IMG/VR virus record: IMGVR_UViG_3300022916_000006
Span: 54,746-118,745 of that record
From: a virus
DNA length: 64,000 bases
Strand: one strand, 5' to 3'
The position numbers and the translations under genes were made by a program. This document shows positions 34,110-44,633 of the stretch, one piece after another. The stretch's first letter is position 1. Each line of letters opens with the position of its first letter. A model generated the notes under the pieces. That model was not told the origin of the DNA and ran no database searches. It saw only the letters and a list, made by a program, of their open reading frames with translations.

Positions 34110-36488
34110 ATGAGAAGAACAAATTTTATTTCGAACTTAATCCCACAATTCGACAATACATTAGGTACAGATTCAAAACTACAAGATATCATGTACAAAG
34201 CTAATGCATTGAAACTAATCAAAAATTTTGTAAATGTTATATCAGATAAAACTGCCATTGTAAAGTTCAATACTACTGATGGAGCTGGTGGTGGTCGTGC
34301 ATCAATAACAGATAATGGTGAATATCAAGTATATATAAGTGGTAAACTAACAAAATCTACTTTTGATCATCATGTTGGTCTTGCACTACATGAAGCATCA
34401 CATCTAAGATACTCAGATATGGATTATCTTAAAAAAGTAATGGCACATGCACGATATAAGGAACTTGATCCACAATACATAACATCAGAAATGTACACTG
34501 ATGCACTTATCAAACTAGGTGTTCGTAGATCACAATTAACTGGTGCATATAAATCAATTGTTAATATAATTGAAGATCGTAGAATCGACACGTTAACATT
34601 TGAAGATGCTCCAGGATATCGAATGTACTATGAAGCATTATATAAAAAGTTTTATAGAAGTGCAATAGTGAACACTATGTTAAAATCATCAAAATATCGA
34701 GATGAAACACTTCAAAGTTATGTCGGTAGATTTTGTTATTTGATTAATAAAAATACTGATCTAAGTGCATTGAAAGAATTAAGTACAATAAATGATATGC
34801 TTGATATATCAAACATCACTAGACTTGATACTCCAGAAAAATTATTTAAACTTGGTACTGATATTTTAAATCATATATTAACTTCATTATTCACAACTAA
34901 AGAAGAGGAAGAAAAAAAAGAAGCAGAGTTGAATAACGAATCAGATGAAAATGAATCAGATGAAAACGAATCAGATGAAAATGAATCAGATGAAAATGAA
35001 TCAGATGAAAATGAATCAGATGAAAACGAATCAGATGAAAACGAATCAGATGAAAATGAATCAGATGAAAATGATGATGATGATGAAAATGAATCAGATG
35101 AAAATGAATCAGATGAAAACGAATCAGATGAAAATGAATCAGATGAAAACGAATCAGATGAAAATGATGATGATGAAAATGATGATGATGAAAATGATGA
35201 TGATGAAAATGATGATGATGATGAAAATGATGATGATGAAAATGATGATGATGAAAATGATGATGATGATGAAAATGATGATGATGATGATGATGAAAAT
35301 GATGATGATGATGATGATGATGGAACTGAATCAGATGAAAATGAATCAGATGAAAATGAATCAGATGATGATGGTGATGATGAACTTGAAGATTTAACTC
35401 CAAAAGAGGAAAAGAGTTTATACAGATCAATGAAAAAAATGGCTGGGTTTGTACATGATACACTTCAAAAACCAACAATGTCAGAAGGAAATGCAACAGC
35501 AATAACAGCATTTTCAAAAACAAAATCTACTGAGTTAATATCTTCATTTTCAGATATTCAGATACTTGAGATTGATGATATAAAAGCTACATCAGAAATG
35601 TCAAAAGTATTTCCATTTCTATCTCAACATAAACCATCAAGATATGTTGATGCAGTTGCACAGGGATTTATATCTGGAAAACAACTATCAAAAAAATTAT
35701 CAATAATCAATGATGATAAAACTACTATTAGAATGAGAACAAAACACGGAAATATCAGTCGAAGATTATTATCAAGTGCATCATTCAACTCTAATATATT
35801 TGATCAGAAAGTTACACAAGTATATGGTAATAGTTATATTCACATATCACTTGATGGTAGTGGTTCAATGTCTGGTTCAAGATGGGTCAGTGCTTTGACT
35901 ACAGCAACAGCAATTGCAGTTGCATGTGATATAGTTGGTAAATCTCATGTTGAAATCGCAATACGAACGCAAATGGATAATTCACCAGTAAGTGCTATCG
36001 TATATAATTCAAACGTAGATAAGATTTCAAAACTTAAAAATATACTTCCAATGATTACTCTTGATAGTTATACTCCAGAAGGATTATGTTTCGAATCATC
36101 AATGAATAGAATGATGTTAAATTCTAAAAAATCTCACAATTCATATTTTATTAATGTATCTGATGGTGAACCTTATGGTTGTTATCGTACAAATACACTA
36201 TCTCTAATGAAACGAACTGCAACTAGCAGATCAAATATGGATTCTACAACTTCAGTATTTAATGGAAGAAATGCTTTAGATTTTACAAAAAAACAAGTTG
36301 ACACAATTAAAAGTCATGGATTTAAAGTACTGAGTTATTTTGTGACTAGTGGGAAATCGGATGGTGGTGTTGATGATATGAAAGATATGTTCACTCATAT
36401 GTATGGTAAAGATGCATTTTTTGGTGATGTCAAATCTACCATTATTCTTGCTAAAAGTCTTAACAACATGATCATTGGTAATAAATAA
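34110..36488 (+). CDS. CobT-like protein: HExxH N-domain, acidic repeat linker, vWA domain
   Basis: LHEASH and NIIEDRRI motifs; MIDAS LDGSGSM; SDGEP; start at CACATG. Confidence 0.85.
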   Translation: MRRTNFISNLIPQFDNTLGTDSKLQDIMYKANALKLIKNFVNVISDKTAIVKFNTTDGAGGGRASITDNGEYQVYISGKLTKSTFDHHVGLALHEASHLRYSDMDYLKKVMAHARYKELDPQYITSEMYTDALIKLGVRRSQLTGAYKSIVNIIEDRRIDTLTFEDAPGYRMYYEALYKKFYRSAIVNTMLKSSKYRDETLQSYVGRFCYLINKNTDLSALKELSTINDMLDISNITRLDTPEKLFKLGTDILNHILTSLFTTKEEEEKKEAELNNESDENESDENESDENESDENESDENESDENESDENESDENESDENDDDDENESDENESDENESDENESDENESDENDDDENDDDENDDDENDDDDENDDDENDDDENDDDDENDDDDDDENDDDDDDDGTESDENESDENESDDDGDDELEDLTPKEEKSLYRSMKKMAGFVHDTLQKPTMSEGNATAITAFSKTKSTELISSFSDIQILEIDDIKATSEMSKVFPFLSQHKPSRYVDAVAQGFISGKQLSKKLSIINDDKTTIRMRTKHGNISRRLLSSASFNSNIFDQKVTQVYGNSYIHISLDGSGSMSGSRWVSALTTATAIAVACDIVGKSHVEIAIRTQMDNSPVSAIVYNSNVDKISKLKNILPMITLDSYTPEGLCFESSMNRMMLNSKKSHNSYFINVSDGEPYGCYRTNTLSLMKRTATSRSNMDSTTSVFNGRNALDFTKKQVDTIKSHGFKVLSYFVTSGKSDGGVDDMKDMFTHMYGKDAFFGDVKSTIILAKSLNNMIIGNK
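34938..35385 (+). repeat. Coding tandem repeat, 15-bp GAATCAGATGAAAA(T/C) (ESDEN x16) mixed with (GAT)n-GAAAAT (DnEN)
   Basis: 9 units at 34938-35072, 5 units at 35091-35165, 2 more near 35330. Confidence 0.95.
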
Positions 36489-36692
36489 GTAATTATCTCA
36501 TAACGATGAACACAACACTATTCATTTCACCGATAAACACAATGTTGATAGTATGAACTCACATTGTAATTTACCTCGTGATTTGGTAGTGTTTTGTTCG
36601 AAATTTGACTATTCTGTGATTATAGATGAATCAATAAATGGTAATGTGAATACCAAAAATTATAAGAAAATAAAAAAGAGATTAAAAAGTTC

Positions 36693-36724
36693 TTGTTTCG
36701 CAATATATTTATTTCTTAACTTTC
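36693..36724 (+). promoter_or_regulatory. Class A promoter
   Basis: TTG-N21-TAACTTTC; leader ends AGGAGAACACACATG. Confidence 0.7.
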
Positions 36725-36766
36725 AGTAGATGAGAAACGAAACAATTAACAACTAGGAGAACACAC

Positions 36767-37894
36767 ATGATTTTACGACCAGAATTAAGAGGAACCAACA
36801 CAACAGTATTAGTTGATGTAGATACTAACGAAATTGTAAAGAAAACTGCACTGTTTACTTACCAAAAAAGACGTGCATATAAAAGTAATATGTTGATTGA
36901 TTGGAATGGTAAATTCAATAAAGAAAAACGATTTGCATACATTCCAAATGCAGACGCCCCATCATTTGTGACTCCAACATCGAACGAACCTACAAAACTT
37001 TCACCAGTAAAAAAAGTATTATCTACTGTTAATTTTAACAATGTACCAAAACCAAAACATTATATAATCAATGATTTGAAATGGAAATTTTTAGCACGTA
37101 CTGTTCTCACTGGTAGAAATGCTATGTTGCGTGGTGATCGTGGTTGTGGTAAAACAATGGGTGCTGAAGCAATTGCAATCGCAACCAACAGACCATTTTT
37201 TAATATCAATCTTGGTTCTACTCAAGACCCAAAATCAACATTGATTGGTAACACTCATTATGATACTGACTCAGGTACATATTTCAAACCAAGTTATTTT
37301 GTTCAAGCTATTCAAACACCAAATGCTGTGATTCTATTAGATGAATTATCGAGAGCTAATCCAGAAGCATGGAATATCTTGATGTCAGTTTTAGATTTGA
37401 AACAAAGATATTTAAGACTTGATGATGCTGTTGATTGTGATACAGTTAAAGTTGCAGATGGTGTTTCATTCATCGCAACTGCAAATGTTGGAACTAAATA
37501 TACATCAACAAATATTATGGATGATGCATTGATTGATAGGTTCGGAATTCTCGAACTTGATTTACTTGATGTTAGTGGTGAAATGAAATTAATGAATATG
37601 TTATTTGGTAACAGTGATGGATTACATGATGATTATAAAAAGATTGCAAAGTTTGCGGCACTGAGTAGAACACAAGCATTGTTAGATTCAGTTATCATTG
37701 ATGTTGGAATTTCAACTAGAACATCAGTTGAAATGGGTCACTTGATTGCCGATGGATTTTCATTCATGGATGCGGCAGAAATCATGATCTACCCTCAGTA
37801 TGATAATGATGGTGGTGTTGAGAGTGAACGTAACTTCGTCAAAGTCATGTTGCAGAAGTTCAATAGTGACGGGTCAGATGCTACGTTATTTTAA
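36767..37894 (+). CDS. MoxR/CbbQ/CobS-type AAA+ ATPase
   Basis: Walker A GDRGCGKT, Walker B LLDELSRA, IATAN, LIDRF. Confidence 0.9.
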   Translation: MILRPELRGTNTTVLVDVDTNEIVKKTALFTYQKRRAYKSNMLIDWNGKFNKEKRFAYIPNADAPSFVTPTSNEPTKLSPVKKVLSTVNFNNVPKPKHYIINDLKWKFLARTVLTGRNAMLRGDRGCGKTMGAEAIAIATNRPFFNINLGSTQDPKSTLIGNTHYDTDSGTYFKPSYFVQAIQTPNAVILLDELSRANPEAWNILMSVLDLKQRYLRLDDAVDCDTVKVADGVSFIATANVGTKYTSTNIMDDALIDRFGILELDLLDVSGEMKLMNMLFGNSDGLHDDYKKIAKFAALSRTQALLDSVIIDVGISTRTSVEMGHLIADGFSFMDAAEIMIYPQYDNDGGVESERNFVKVMLQKFNSDGSDATLF

Positions 37895-37920
37895 GAATTG
37901 ATGAAAGTCATGTGTGTGTG

Positions 37921-37956
37921 GACTGGGTGTGGTTTGGTCACCCACCCAGTCTTTTT
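37921..37956 (+). terminator. Intrinsic terminator
   Basis: GACTGGGTG/CACCCAGTC stem then TTTTT. Confidence 0.8.
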
Positions 37957-37982
37957 AAAAAATTTAAATTGGGAGAAATGAA

Positions 37983-38393
37983 ATGGAATTTACAGAAAAA
38001 ATGTTAAAAGAATTATGTGATAAGGCAAAATGTATAGGTATAATTGAATTTGGTGGCTCTGATAGTACAGTCACTGAATCTAATTTTGATGGAATTACCA
38101 TATATTATGATGGTGAAATAGGCGCAAAATTTATCAAAAATAATGAGTGTGGATGTTGTTCAGAAAGAATAGTATCAATATCATTAGCTGATTTGAATAA
38201 ATCGATGGATCAATTACAAGCTGAACAAGTAGAAGTAATAAAAAAAGAAGAAGAAGCTAAAATTGAAAAACACCGATTAGATAAAATAGCTAGAGATAAA
38301 AAAGCTAAAGAAGAACAAATTAGAAAAGATAAAAGAGAACATGAACTTTATTTAAAGTTACATGAAAGATACAAAAACACACAGGAGAAATGA
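37983..38393 (+). CDS. Hypothetical protein with C-terminal coiled coil
   Basis: GGAG RBS; E/K-rich C-terminus. Confidence 0.75.
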   Translation: MEFTEKMLKELCDKAKCIGIIEFGGSDSTVTESNFDGITIYYDGEIGAKFIKNNECGCCSERIVSISLADLNKSMDQLQAEQVEVIKKEEEAKIEKHRLDKIARDKKAKEEQIRKDKREHELYLKLHERYKNTQEK

Positions 38394-38396
38394 AAA

Positions 38397-38828
38397 ATGA
38401 AACTAACAAAAAAAGATAAAGTATTAGGAATTGGTGCATTTGCAATTATTGGTTTTGTTGTAATATATGGTCTTGTAATGGACATGTTATCATTCGACCG
38501 TACTGAACCAACATTTACTACAGTTGACGGTTATGACGGAAAGATGTTGCGTACTATGGTTGACATAGAATGTTTAAATTTCGATACACATAGCTATGAA
38601 GTTCAGTCACATATATATATAGTAGATGAAAGAGGTCGATATATACGGGGTGCTAATTCTATTCCATATAATACCGTTTTTAATATCACAACATCTAATA
38701 TAGATAGTGTATATTATGCTGAAGTAAATAGATTGGAGCAGATGATTGCCGATGGACTTACATATAATGTGAATACAACGGTGTATGAAAATGAACGACT
38801 AGATAAATTAAGACATGATAGTTATTAA
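38397..38828 (+). CDS. Signal-anchored protein
   Basis: N-terminal TM; GGAG RBS. Confidence 0.7.
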   Translation: MKLTKKDKVLGIGAFAIIGFVVIYGLVMDMLSFDRTEPTFTTVDGYDGKMLRTMVDIECLNFDTHSYEVQSHIYIVDERGRYIRGANSIPYNTVFNITTSNIDSVYYAEVNRLEQMIADGLTYNVNTTVYENERLDKLRHDSY

Positions 38829-38844
38829 TAAGGGATAAATTAAT

Positions 38845-39333
38845 ATGAAAACAGATATACCAAAATATATGAAAATATTGATGATAGCTGGTGGAATAAT
38901 GATAGGTCTTTTAATATTTTTTAAGGGTGTTATGGGAACATTATTATTTTTTGATGTTATTGAAATCTCTATGGTTGATGAAACACCACCACCAACATCC
39001 ACAATAATTGAAATTCTCCCAGATGGATCAGTGCTTAGAATAGAGTTGGATAATGATATCGTTCTTACAGATAGTTTAATATCAGTTTTTATTGAAGAAG
39101 CTCAGCGACGAACTTCATTTATTATGCAACAAAAAATGAAGGTTGATTCTATTAGAATTGCTGATCGTGCCGTTGCTTATAGAGCGTATCAGAAAGCATT
39201 ATTAAATAATATATCTAATTTCTCTGTACCAGAAATGCCAGAAATAATAGTATCAGATAATAATGCTCGGGAGAAATATATTAAAAAATGTATTGAAGAT
39301 ATTGAAGAATACATTAACATACAGGGAAATTAA
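38845..39333 (+). CDS. Signal-anchored protein
   Basis: N-terminal TM. Confidence 0.7.
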   Translation: MKTDIPKYMKILMIAGGIMIGLLIFFKGVMGTLLFFDVIEISMVDETPPPTSTIIEILPDGSVLRIELDNDIVLTDSLISVFIEEAQRRTSFIMQQKMKVDSIRIADRAVAYRAYQKALLNNISNFSVPEMPEIIVSDNNAREKYIKKCIEDIEEYINIQGN

Positions 39334-39485
39334 ATGAATAACGAAGTAATGACAAAAAGTGGAATCAAAGTTATTCCAGTTAGACAATCTGAAATGGCAG
39401 TTACTCCAATGTTTATCAATCAAGCAGTTTGGAATTTTATCAAACCAATCGAATCTAAAAAAATTAAAAAAGGTAAGAAGAAAAA

Positions 39486-39824
39486 ATGAATAAGATAAAA
39501 AAGTTTTATGATAATTTTAGAATTCGTATCTGTACACCAAATACTACATACGCTACACTTGGTAAAACCACAATTGATAAAAAGGAAATATTTGAATGGG
39601 TTGAGATATTGGTAAGTGGAACTTTTATGATAATCCTTTTATTTTTAACATTTAAAGCATTAGAAATGCAATCAATAAATGCTCACAACGGTAAAGTTGC
39701 ATATTTTGAGAATAGACTTGACAGTTTATCGGTTGAGGCAGAAAAGCTTGAAAGTTCAATAGTACGTGAAATGGATAGTCTAAGAATAATTATAAAAAAT
39801 AATCAAACATTAATAACTATATAA
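39486..39824 (+). CDS. Membrane protein
   Basis: Central TM segment. Confidence 0.65.
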   Translation: MNKIKKFYDNFRIRICTPNTTYATLGKTTIDKKEIFEWVEILVSGTFMIILLFLTFKALEMQSINAHNGKVAYFENRLDSLSVEAEKLESSIVREMDSLRIIIKNNQTLITI

Positions 39825-39839
39825 TCGTTAACAAAATAA

Positions 39840-40634
39840 GTGAAATATTATATAAAATTTATGGAAAATAATTTACTATCTGGTTTTGTAATGCCAGGAA
39901 AGTTAGAGGATATTCCCATTCATAGGGGCATATCAGATGATCCTAAATTTGCTGAAGCATTCACATTAAAATGGAAAGCACAACATCTATCAGATGAAAT
40001 AAATGCAGACAACCTAGAACATGGTATAACTCGTAAGACTAAATGTATTGTAATAACAGAAACAGAATTGATTGCACTTATATTGTGACGATCATATGAA
40101 ATATTATTGTATTATACGATTGGGACCAAAACGATTATCATATTTAGATATGCATTGGAGATTTAGGCAGGTTACTACCGATGGAACGGTTGATTATGCC
40201 ATAAGAACGTTTTATACAGCTGAATATGCTGAAGAGCGAAAATCCAGAATTATACGACGATCTGTATTTAGACAAAAGAAAAGAAATCGAAATCGAGATA
40301 AAACGCATCGTTGTGTTAAAATTCCAAACTTAAAAGTGATATGTATGGATGAACTATCAGCATATAAAGTTGCATATATATTATGAAATATTATGTAGTA
40401 ACTCCACCTGGTTGTAGACTATGGTATGTGCGTGGTATTATTAATCACAGATTCGTTTGGGTTGACGATATTAAAGATGCTATATCATTTAAAACTGCTC
40501 GTGATGGATGGAAGTTTACAGAACAAGCGGATAGAGGTGAGGGTAATCATAAATGGAATCGACAAATTCATAATCACTATTTTACTAAACGGGTTGTTAT
40601 GTCTGGTGCAGAATTAATAATTAGAGAATTGTAA
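39840..40634 (+). other. MKYY family block 8 (3 CDS: 39840-40088, 40096-40386, 40383-40634)
   Basis: Shared motifs. Confidence 0.85.
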
Positions 40635-40649
40635 AAAAAGGAAAATGAA

Positions 40650-40949
40650 ATGTCAGAACAAAATGAAAAATTATATTTTAACATTGATCTTAAAGCGATC
40701 ATTGCAAAAATTAAAAAAATTAAATCAAGTTTGAAATTTAGAATATCATTCTGCAAAATTGGTGTTCATTCTTGGGACAAGTGGGAAGATGTTAAAGATG
40801 GTAAAGTTTATCAGCGAGAACATCATTCACAACCTAGTAAGGATTGGCCTACTGTTGGGGTTTGGTATCGGCAAAAACGATATTGTAGCTCGTGTGGTAA
40901 GATTGAGCTTAGAACAATCAATGAATACACAATCAAGAATAATAATTAA
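40650..40949 (+). CDS. Small Zn-binding protein, paralog of 3754-3978
   Basis: C-x3-H...CSSCG; AAGGA RBS. Confidence 0.7.
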   Translation: MSEQNEKLYFNIDLKAIIAKIKKIKSSLKFRISFCKIGVHSWDKWEDVKDGKVYQREHHSQPSKDWPTVGVWYRQKRYCSSCGKIELRTINEYTIKNNN

Positions 40950-40961
40950 AGGAATAATAAA

Positions 40962-41330
40962 ATGAAATTCAATAAAATAAAAATAGAATGGGTAGTTGCA
41001 TTAGTATTAATTGTGATGGCATTGTTTATATTCACGGATTGTTCAAGTGATAATTATAATGATGCTCCAAAAAAATCAAAGAGTAGACCGAAAATTGAAT
41101 ATGAAAAGGTATTAACAATTGTGGTTCATTATGAAACTTGTGAATCTGATACAATAACATTTAGGACTCAAAGCAGTAAAGATGTTATTTGTGGATTGCG
41201 TCGTAATACAAGTACTCAACCATGTTATCTATTTGGATATGATAAAAATAATAAACGTCAAGCTATTGCAAATAACGTTCTTTCGTTTGACATTATAAAA
41301 GTTGTCAAAGCTGAACGAATCACATTATAA
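40962..41330 (+). CDS. Signal-anchored or lipoprotein-like protein
   Basis: Hydrophobic N-terminus ending FTDC; IVVHY...SDTITF. Confidence 0.65.
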   Translation: MKFNKIKIEWVVALVLIVMALFIFTDCSSDNYNDAPKKSKSRPKIEYEKVLTIVVHYETCESDTITFRTQSSKDVICGLRRNTSTQPCYLFGYDKNNKRQAIANNVLSFDIIKVVKAERITL

Positions 41331-41352
41331 AATAAGATAAAGGATACATGAA

Positions 41353-41847
41353 ATGAGATCAGGAACAGGTTGGATAATAATAGTATTAGTTTCAGTGTTT
41401 TTTATTGGTAGTTGTTGGATTGATAATCATGCACCAACTGATAATTACTACGATGATGATGTGGATACTATTGTCACATCACGTCATTCTACGTCCGAGG
41501 ATGTATCAAATGGAACACCAATTGAAGAACCTACTATAACTATTGAAGATGATAATTCCGATGGTCTTATCGATGATGATAGTGATGATGGTTATATTCA
41601 TCCAGATGACCGAACAACTATAGACAAATACACTATTGAAGTTCAATATACATCTGGTGATATAGATACAATAGTATATAAAAGTAATTGGAAATATAAA
41701 GATAGATCATCATCTTTATTTTTAAAAAATAGTGATGGTATCATGTGTTTAATTGGAACTAAAGCAGAAAATATAAGAGATATCAAATTAGCATGTTATG
41801 TGCGAAATTTCACAGTTATAAGTAAAGAAATAGTCAATAAAAAATAA
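41353..41847 (+). CDS. Signal-anchored or lipoprotein-like protein (GDxDT-motif family)
   Basis: Hydrophobic N-terminus ending IGSC; IEVQYTSGDIDTIVY. Confidence 0.7.
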   Translation: MRSGTGWIIIVLVSVFFIGSCWIDNHAPTDNYYDDDVDTIVTSRHSTSEDVSNGTPIEEPTITIEDDNSDGLIDDDSDDGYIHPDDRTTIDKYTIEVQYTSGDIDTIVYKSNWKYKDRSSSLFLKNSDGIMCLIGTKAENIRDIKLACYVRNFTVISKEIVNKK

Positions 41848-41850
41848 AAA

Positions 41851-41885
41851 TTGTTTCATTGTATCATATTTTGTTTGTAACTTTC
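41851..41885 (+). promoter_or_regulatory. Class A promoter
   Basis: TTGTTT-N21-TAACTTTC then AGTAGTTATGAGA. Confidence 0.6.
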
Positions 41886-41921
41886 AGTAGTTATGAGAAG
41901 ACAAAAATAAAGGAAACATAC

Positions 41922-42254
41922 ATGTTAAAACATAAAGAAGTAGAAATTAAACAAACAGTTAACTTTGATATAATTCATTGTGATTTCTGTGATGCCGTTT
42001 CTGTACAGCAACCACATACAATTGGTTCATTTAACAAAAATGATGTACATGTCAACACCGTTCCATTTGATTGGATAGCTCGATGTAATTTATGTGGTAA
42101 AGATGTTTGTAGCAATCACGGTTATTGTGATGGGTGTGAAGATGCATTTTTATGTCATGAATGTTCCGAAACACATTATATTGATAATAGTGAGGGTGTT
42201 GGTATTATTAATAAAAATACTGGTAAAAGTGTTAAGTGGGATTGTTCTTATTAA
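41922..42254 (+). CDS. Cys-rich Zn-finger protein
   Basis: CDFC, CNLC, CSNH, CDGC, CHEC; start corrected to MLKHK. Confidence 0.75.
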   Translation: MLKHKEVEIKQTVNFDIIHCDFCDAVSVQQPHTIGSFNKNDVHVNTVPFDWIARCNLCGKDVCSNHGYCDGCEDAFLCHECSETHYIDNSEGVGIINKNTGKSVKWDCSY

Positions 42255-42489
42255 GTTAATACTAATAATAATCATAGGTCTTTTGAACACTAGTTTTGTT
42301 CCAGTTGAATTAAAAACTATCACCGTTCAAAAGGTATTTCTACCAAATACAGTTAATGGTAATACTTCATTTGAATATGTTGTAGACAATGATGGTGATG
42401 TTGGTGGTTATGTTTCAGATACAGAATATGACACTGGTGATACTATCTCTGAATATTATGATGTGTCATTATAAGAATAAAGATCAATT

Positions 42490-42678
42490 ATGAAAATTAA
42501 AAAAACACTTAAATCAGTAGGCACGTTTATCTTCAATTCATTCATCAAGGTATTAGAAAATATGTTTACTGAAAAATGTTTAAAATGTGGTGGATTTGGT
42601 ATTAGATTGCGTAGAAACTTAACACATGAGTCATACAAATGTGAATTATGTGGTAGCACTTGGGTAAAGAGATTATAA
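42490..42678 (+). CDS. Small Zn-ribbon protein
   Basis: CLKCG...CELCG. Confidence 0.7.
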   Translation: MKIKKTLKSVGTFIFNSFIKVLENMFTEKCLKCGGFGIRLRRNLTHESYKCELCGSTWVKRL

Positions 42679-42682
42679 CAAT

Positions 42683-42952
42683 ATGACAACTTATCATTAT
42701 TATATAGAGCTTGCAGATATATTATCAAGTGATTGGAATGTTTTATTTTATTCAAAATATAGAACTAAAATCAATGGTGATAAAATCAAAGCATATTATT
42801 GGAAAGCTCAATTAAACGATGCTAATTTAAAAAGTATATCATGTGGATTTACCACATCAAAAGATTGTATCAAAAATTTAATAAACACACTAAATACTGG
42901 AGATAATAATACAAATGAGAAAAACATTAGTAACACGTATGCTTCATGTTGA
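42683..42952 (+). CDS. Hypothetical protein with MKYY-family-like N-terminus but no tail
   Basis: HYYIEL...YYW...FTTSKDC. Confidence 0.55.
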   Translation: MTTYHYYIELADILSSDWNVLFYSKYRTKINGDKIKAYYWKAQLNDANLKSISCGFTTSKDCIKNLINTLNTGDNNTNEKNISNTYASC

Positions 42953-43106
42953 TCTGGAATGGGAAATTGATAAGATTGCAACCAAGCATCATGTTAAAGC
43001 TGAAATCAAAATGGTGAAATATCACACAGCCCAAACTGCATATGTGACATTGCATGGAAATAAAAAAGAAATAGTTGATGTCTTAATGGAAATTCATCGA
43101 ATTTAA
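42915..43106 (+). CDS. Hypothetical protein
   Basis: GGAG upstream. Confidence 0.6.
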   Translation: MRKTLVTRMLHVDLEWEIDKIATKHHVKAEIKMVKYHTAQTAYVTLHGNKKEIVDVLMEIHRI

Positions 43107-43141
43107 ATATTAATAAAAAAAGAAAGAAAGTGAAATAATAA

Positions 43142-43354
43142 ATGCGACATTTTATGGAAAATCCGAACTGTGACAAATGTGGAAGTAAAAGAATCAATAT
43201 ACAGTATAAAAGTCATACTCTTGAACCTCATCATAAAGATGAAATTGAATATATTCTTTGTACTTGTAGGACATGTAAGCACGATTGGGAAATGAAAGTC
43301 AAAGATGCTACTGTGGATGAAGGTGTTGATAATCGTGAACTCTTGTGTGACTGA
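43142..43354 (+). CDS. Small Zn-ribbon protein
   Basis: CDKCG...CRTCKHDW. Confidence 0.7.
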   Translation: MRHFMENPNCDKCGSKRINIQYKSHTLEPHHKDEIEYILCTCRTCKHDWEMKVKDATVDEGVDNRELLCD

Positions 43355-43362
43355 ATAAATAG

Positions 43363-43818
43363 ATGTCAACAAATACCTACACATCTTTGGTTGATGATTT
43401 CATTGAGACAATTGAGAATGAAATTACAATTTCAAAAAAATTAGGTAGAGGTGTCATATTATCATCACTTGAATACGTAGAACATATTGCACTTCAAAAT
43501 AAATCAGAAGCACAAGAAATGTTAATGTCTGCAATTATAAAGTTAATAGCCTCAAATAATATAGATCATATTTTAGTGATAATAGATATATTGTTAAAAA
43601 CTAATGTTAAATTAATTGGTAATGTTGGATTATTCTTGATGCCGACTATATATACTATCGATGATCAAGTTGTTAAATTTCTTTCAATACAATTATTAGA
43701 ACGAGCAATATCAAGCCAACCAAAGATTGTTAAATCAATTGTGACATCTTTACGTGCACCATCGAGTAAAATTGCACGCCAAAAATTTGATGCACTATTA
43801 GTTTTGTGTGAATTATAA
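43363..43818 (+). CDS. Hypothetical helical protein
   Basis: In operon. Confidence 0.7.
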   Translation: MSTNTYTSLVDDFIETIENEITISKKLGRGVILSSLEYVEHIALQNKSEAQEMLMSAIIKLIASNNIDHILVIIDILLKTNVKLIGNVGLFLMPTIYTIDDQVVKFLSIQLLERAISSQPKIVKSIVTSLRAPSSKIARQKFDALLVLCEL

Positions 43819-43863
43819 AATAAAAAGGAAATAATAAACAATGAAGATTATTGGAATTGAACA

Positions 43864-44085
43864 ATGACTAACGTAATACCAATTAACGCAATCATTCAAA
43901 TAACAAATACTGAGCATCATTTATATAGATGTTTCTTATGTGTAACTACTCAAAGTGAAGATACTGGTAATGTAGTTGCATATATTGATTATCCTGTATT
44001 AGATAAAAATGAAGATAAATATTACATTAAACGACATGAACATTTCATCCAATATGAAGATTTCAATCAAGTTGGATTAATATAA
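43864..44085 (+). CDS. Hypothetical protein
   Basis: In operon. Confidence 0.6.
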   Translation: MTNVIPINAIIQITNTEHHLYRCFLCVTTQSEDTGNVVAYIDYPVLDKNEDKYYIKRHEHFIQYEDFNQVGLI

Positions 44086-44095
44086 AAGGAATAAT

Positions 44096-44626
44096 ATGAG
44101 CAATCCACACACATCAACAAATAAACAATTAGCAATATTACGTAAGTTTTTTAGATATGCATCTTTCATATCAATCGGTATAACTTTAGCATTGGTCGCA
44201 ATTGGAATACCTTTAAAAATGTATTTCAATAGTATTGATCCAGATGTTCAATCTATATATGAATCTGGATATATGTTAGTCACGTCTCTTTATTTAAGTT
44301 ACACATTATTAACAATTGGTGCATTAGCACAGAAAGTTAAAATGACACGCATATTCATATCAAAATCACTGTCAAATGCTGATTTGATGCGAATGTTCGT
44401 ATTAACAATGATCAGCATTATTGGTGTAGCTTATTTATGTATCACGTATAAATCAATAACATATGGAGTGTTTGGAATTATAATTGCTATCACTCAATTG
44501 GATCGAATCACAATAGTTGGAATGAAATATACACAGAAATTTAGAGATGATTCAATATCAGCATATAAACAAACTCCAAAAGAATATGTAGCAATATTAG
44601 CTTCATATCTAAAACATATTAAATAA
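44096..44626 (+). CDS. Membrane protein (about 4 TM)
   Basis: Hydrophobic segments; AAGGA RBS. Confidence 0.75.
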   Translation: MSNPHTSTNKQLAILRKFFRYASFISIGITLALVAIGIPLKMYFNSIDPDVQSIYESGYMLVTSLYLSYTLLTIGALAQKVKMTRIFISKSLSNADLMRMFVLTMISIIGVAYLCITYKSITYGVFGIIIAITQLDRITIVGMKYTQKFRDDSISAYKQTPKEYVAILASYLKHIK

Positions 44627-44633
44627 TAATCAA

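Noticed and set aside
34938-35165. Similarity of TCAGATGAAAATGAA in the ESDEN repeat to array junction DNA
   Set aside because: Both simply encode S/D/E/N with AT-rich codons; there is no flanking junction sequence.
34897-35523. His-rich 208-aa minus-strand ORF and Met/Lys-rich 150-aa plus-frame ORF (34945-35397)
   Set aside because: Shadow frames of the ESDEN/GAT repeat inside the vWA gene; no RBS or independent support.
34110-37894. Cobaltochelatase (cobS/cobT) for cobalamin synthesis
   Set aside because: No cobN or other cobalamin genes; such AAA+/vWA pairs are general remodelers, so no gene symbols were assigned.
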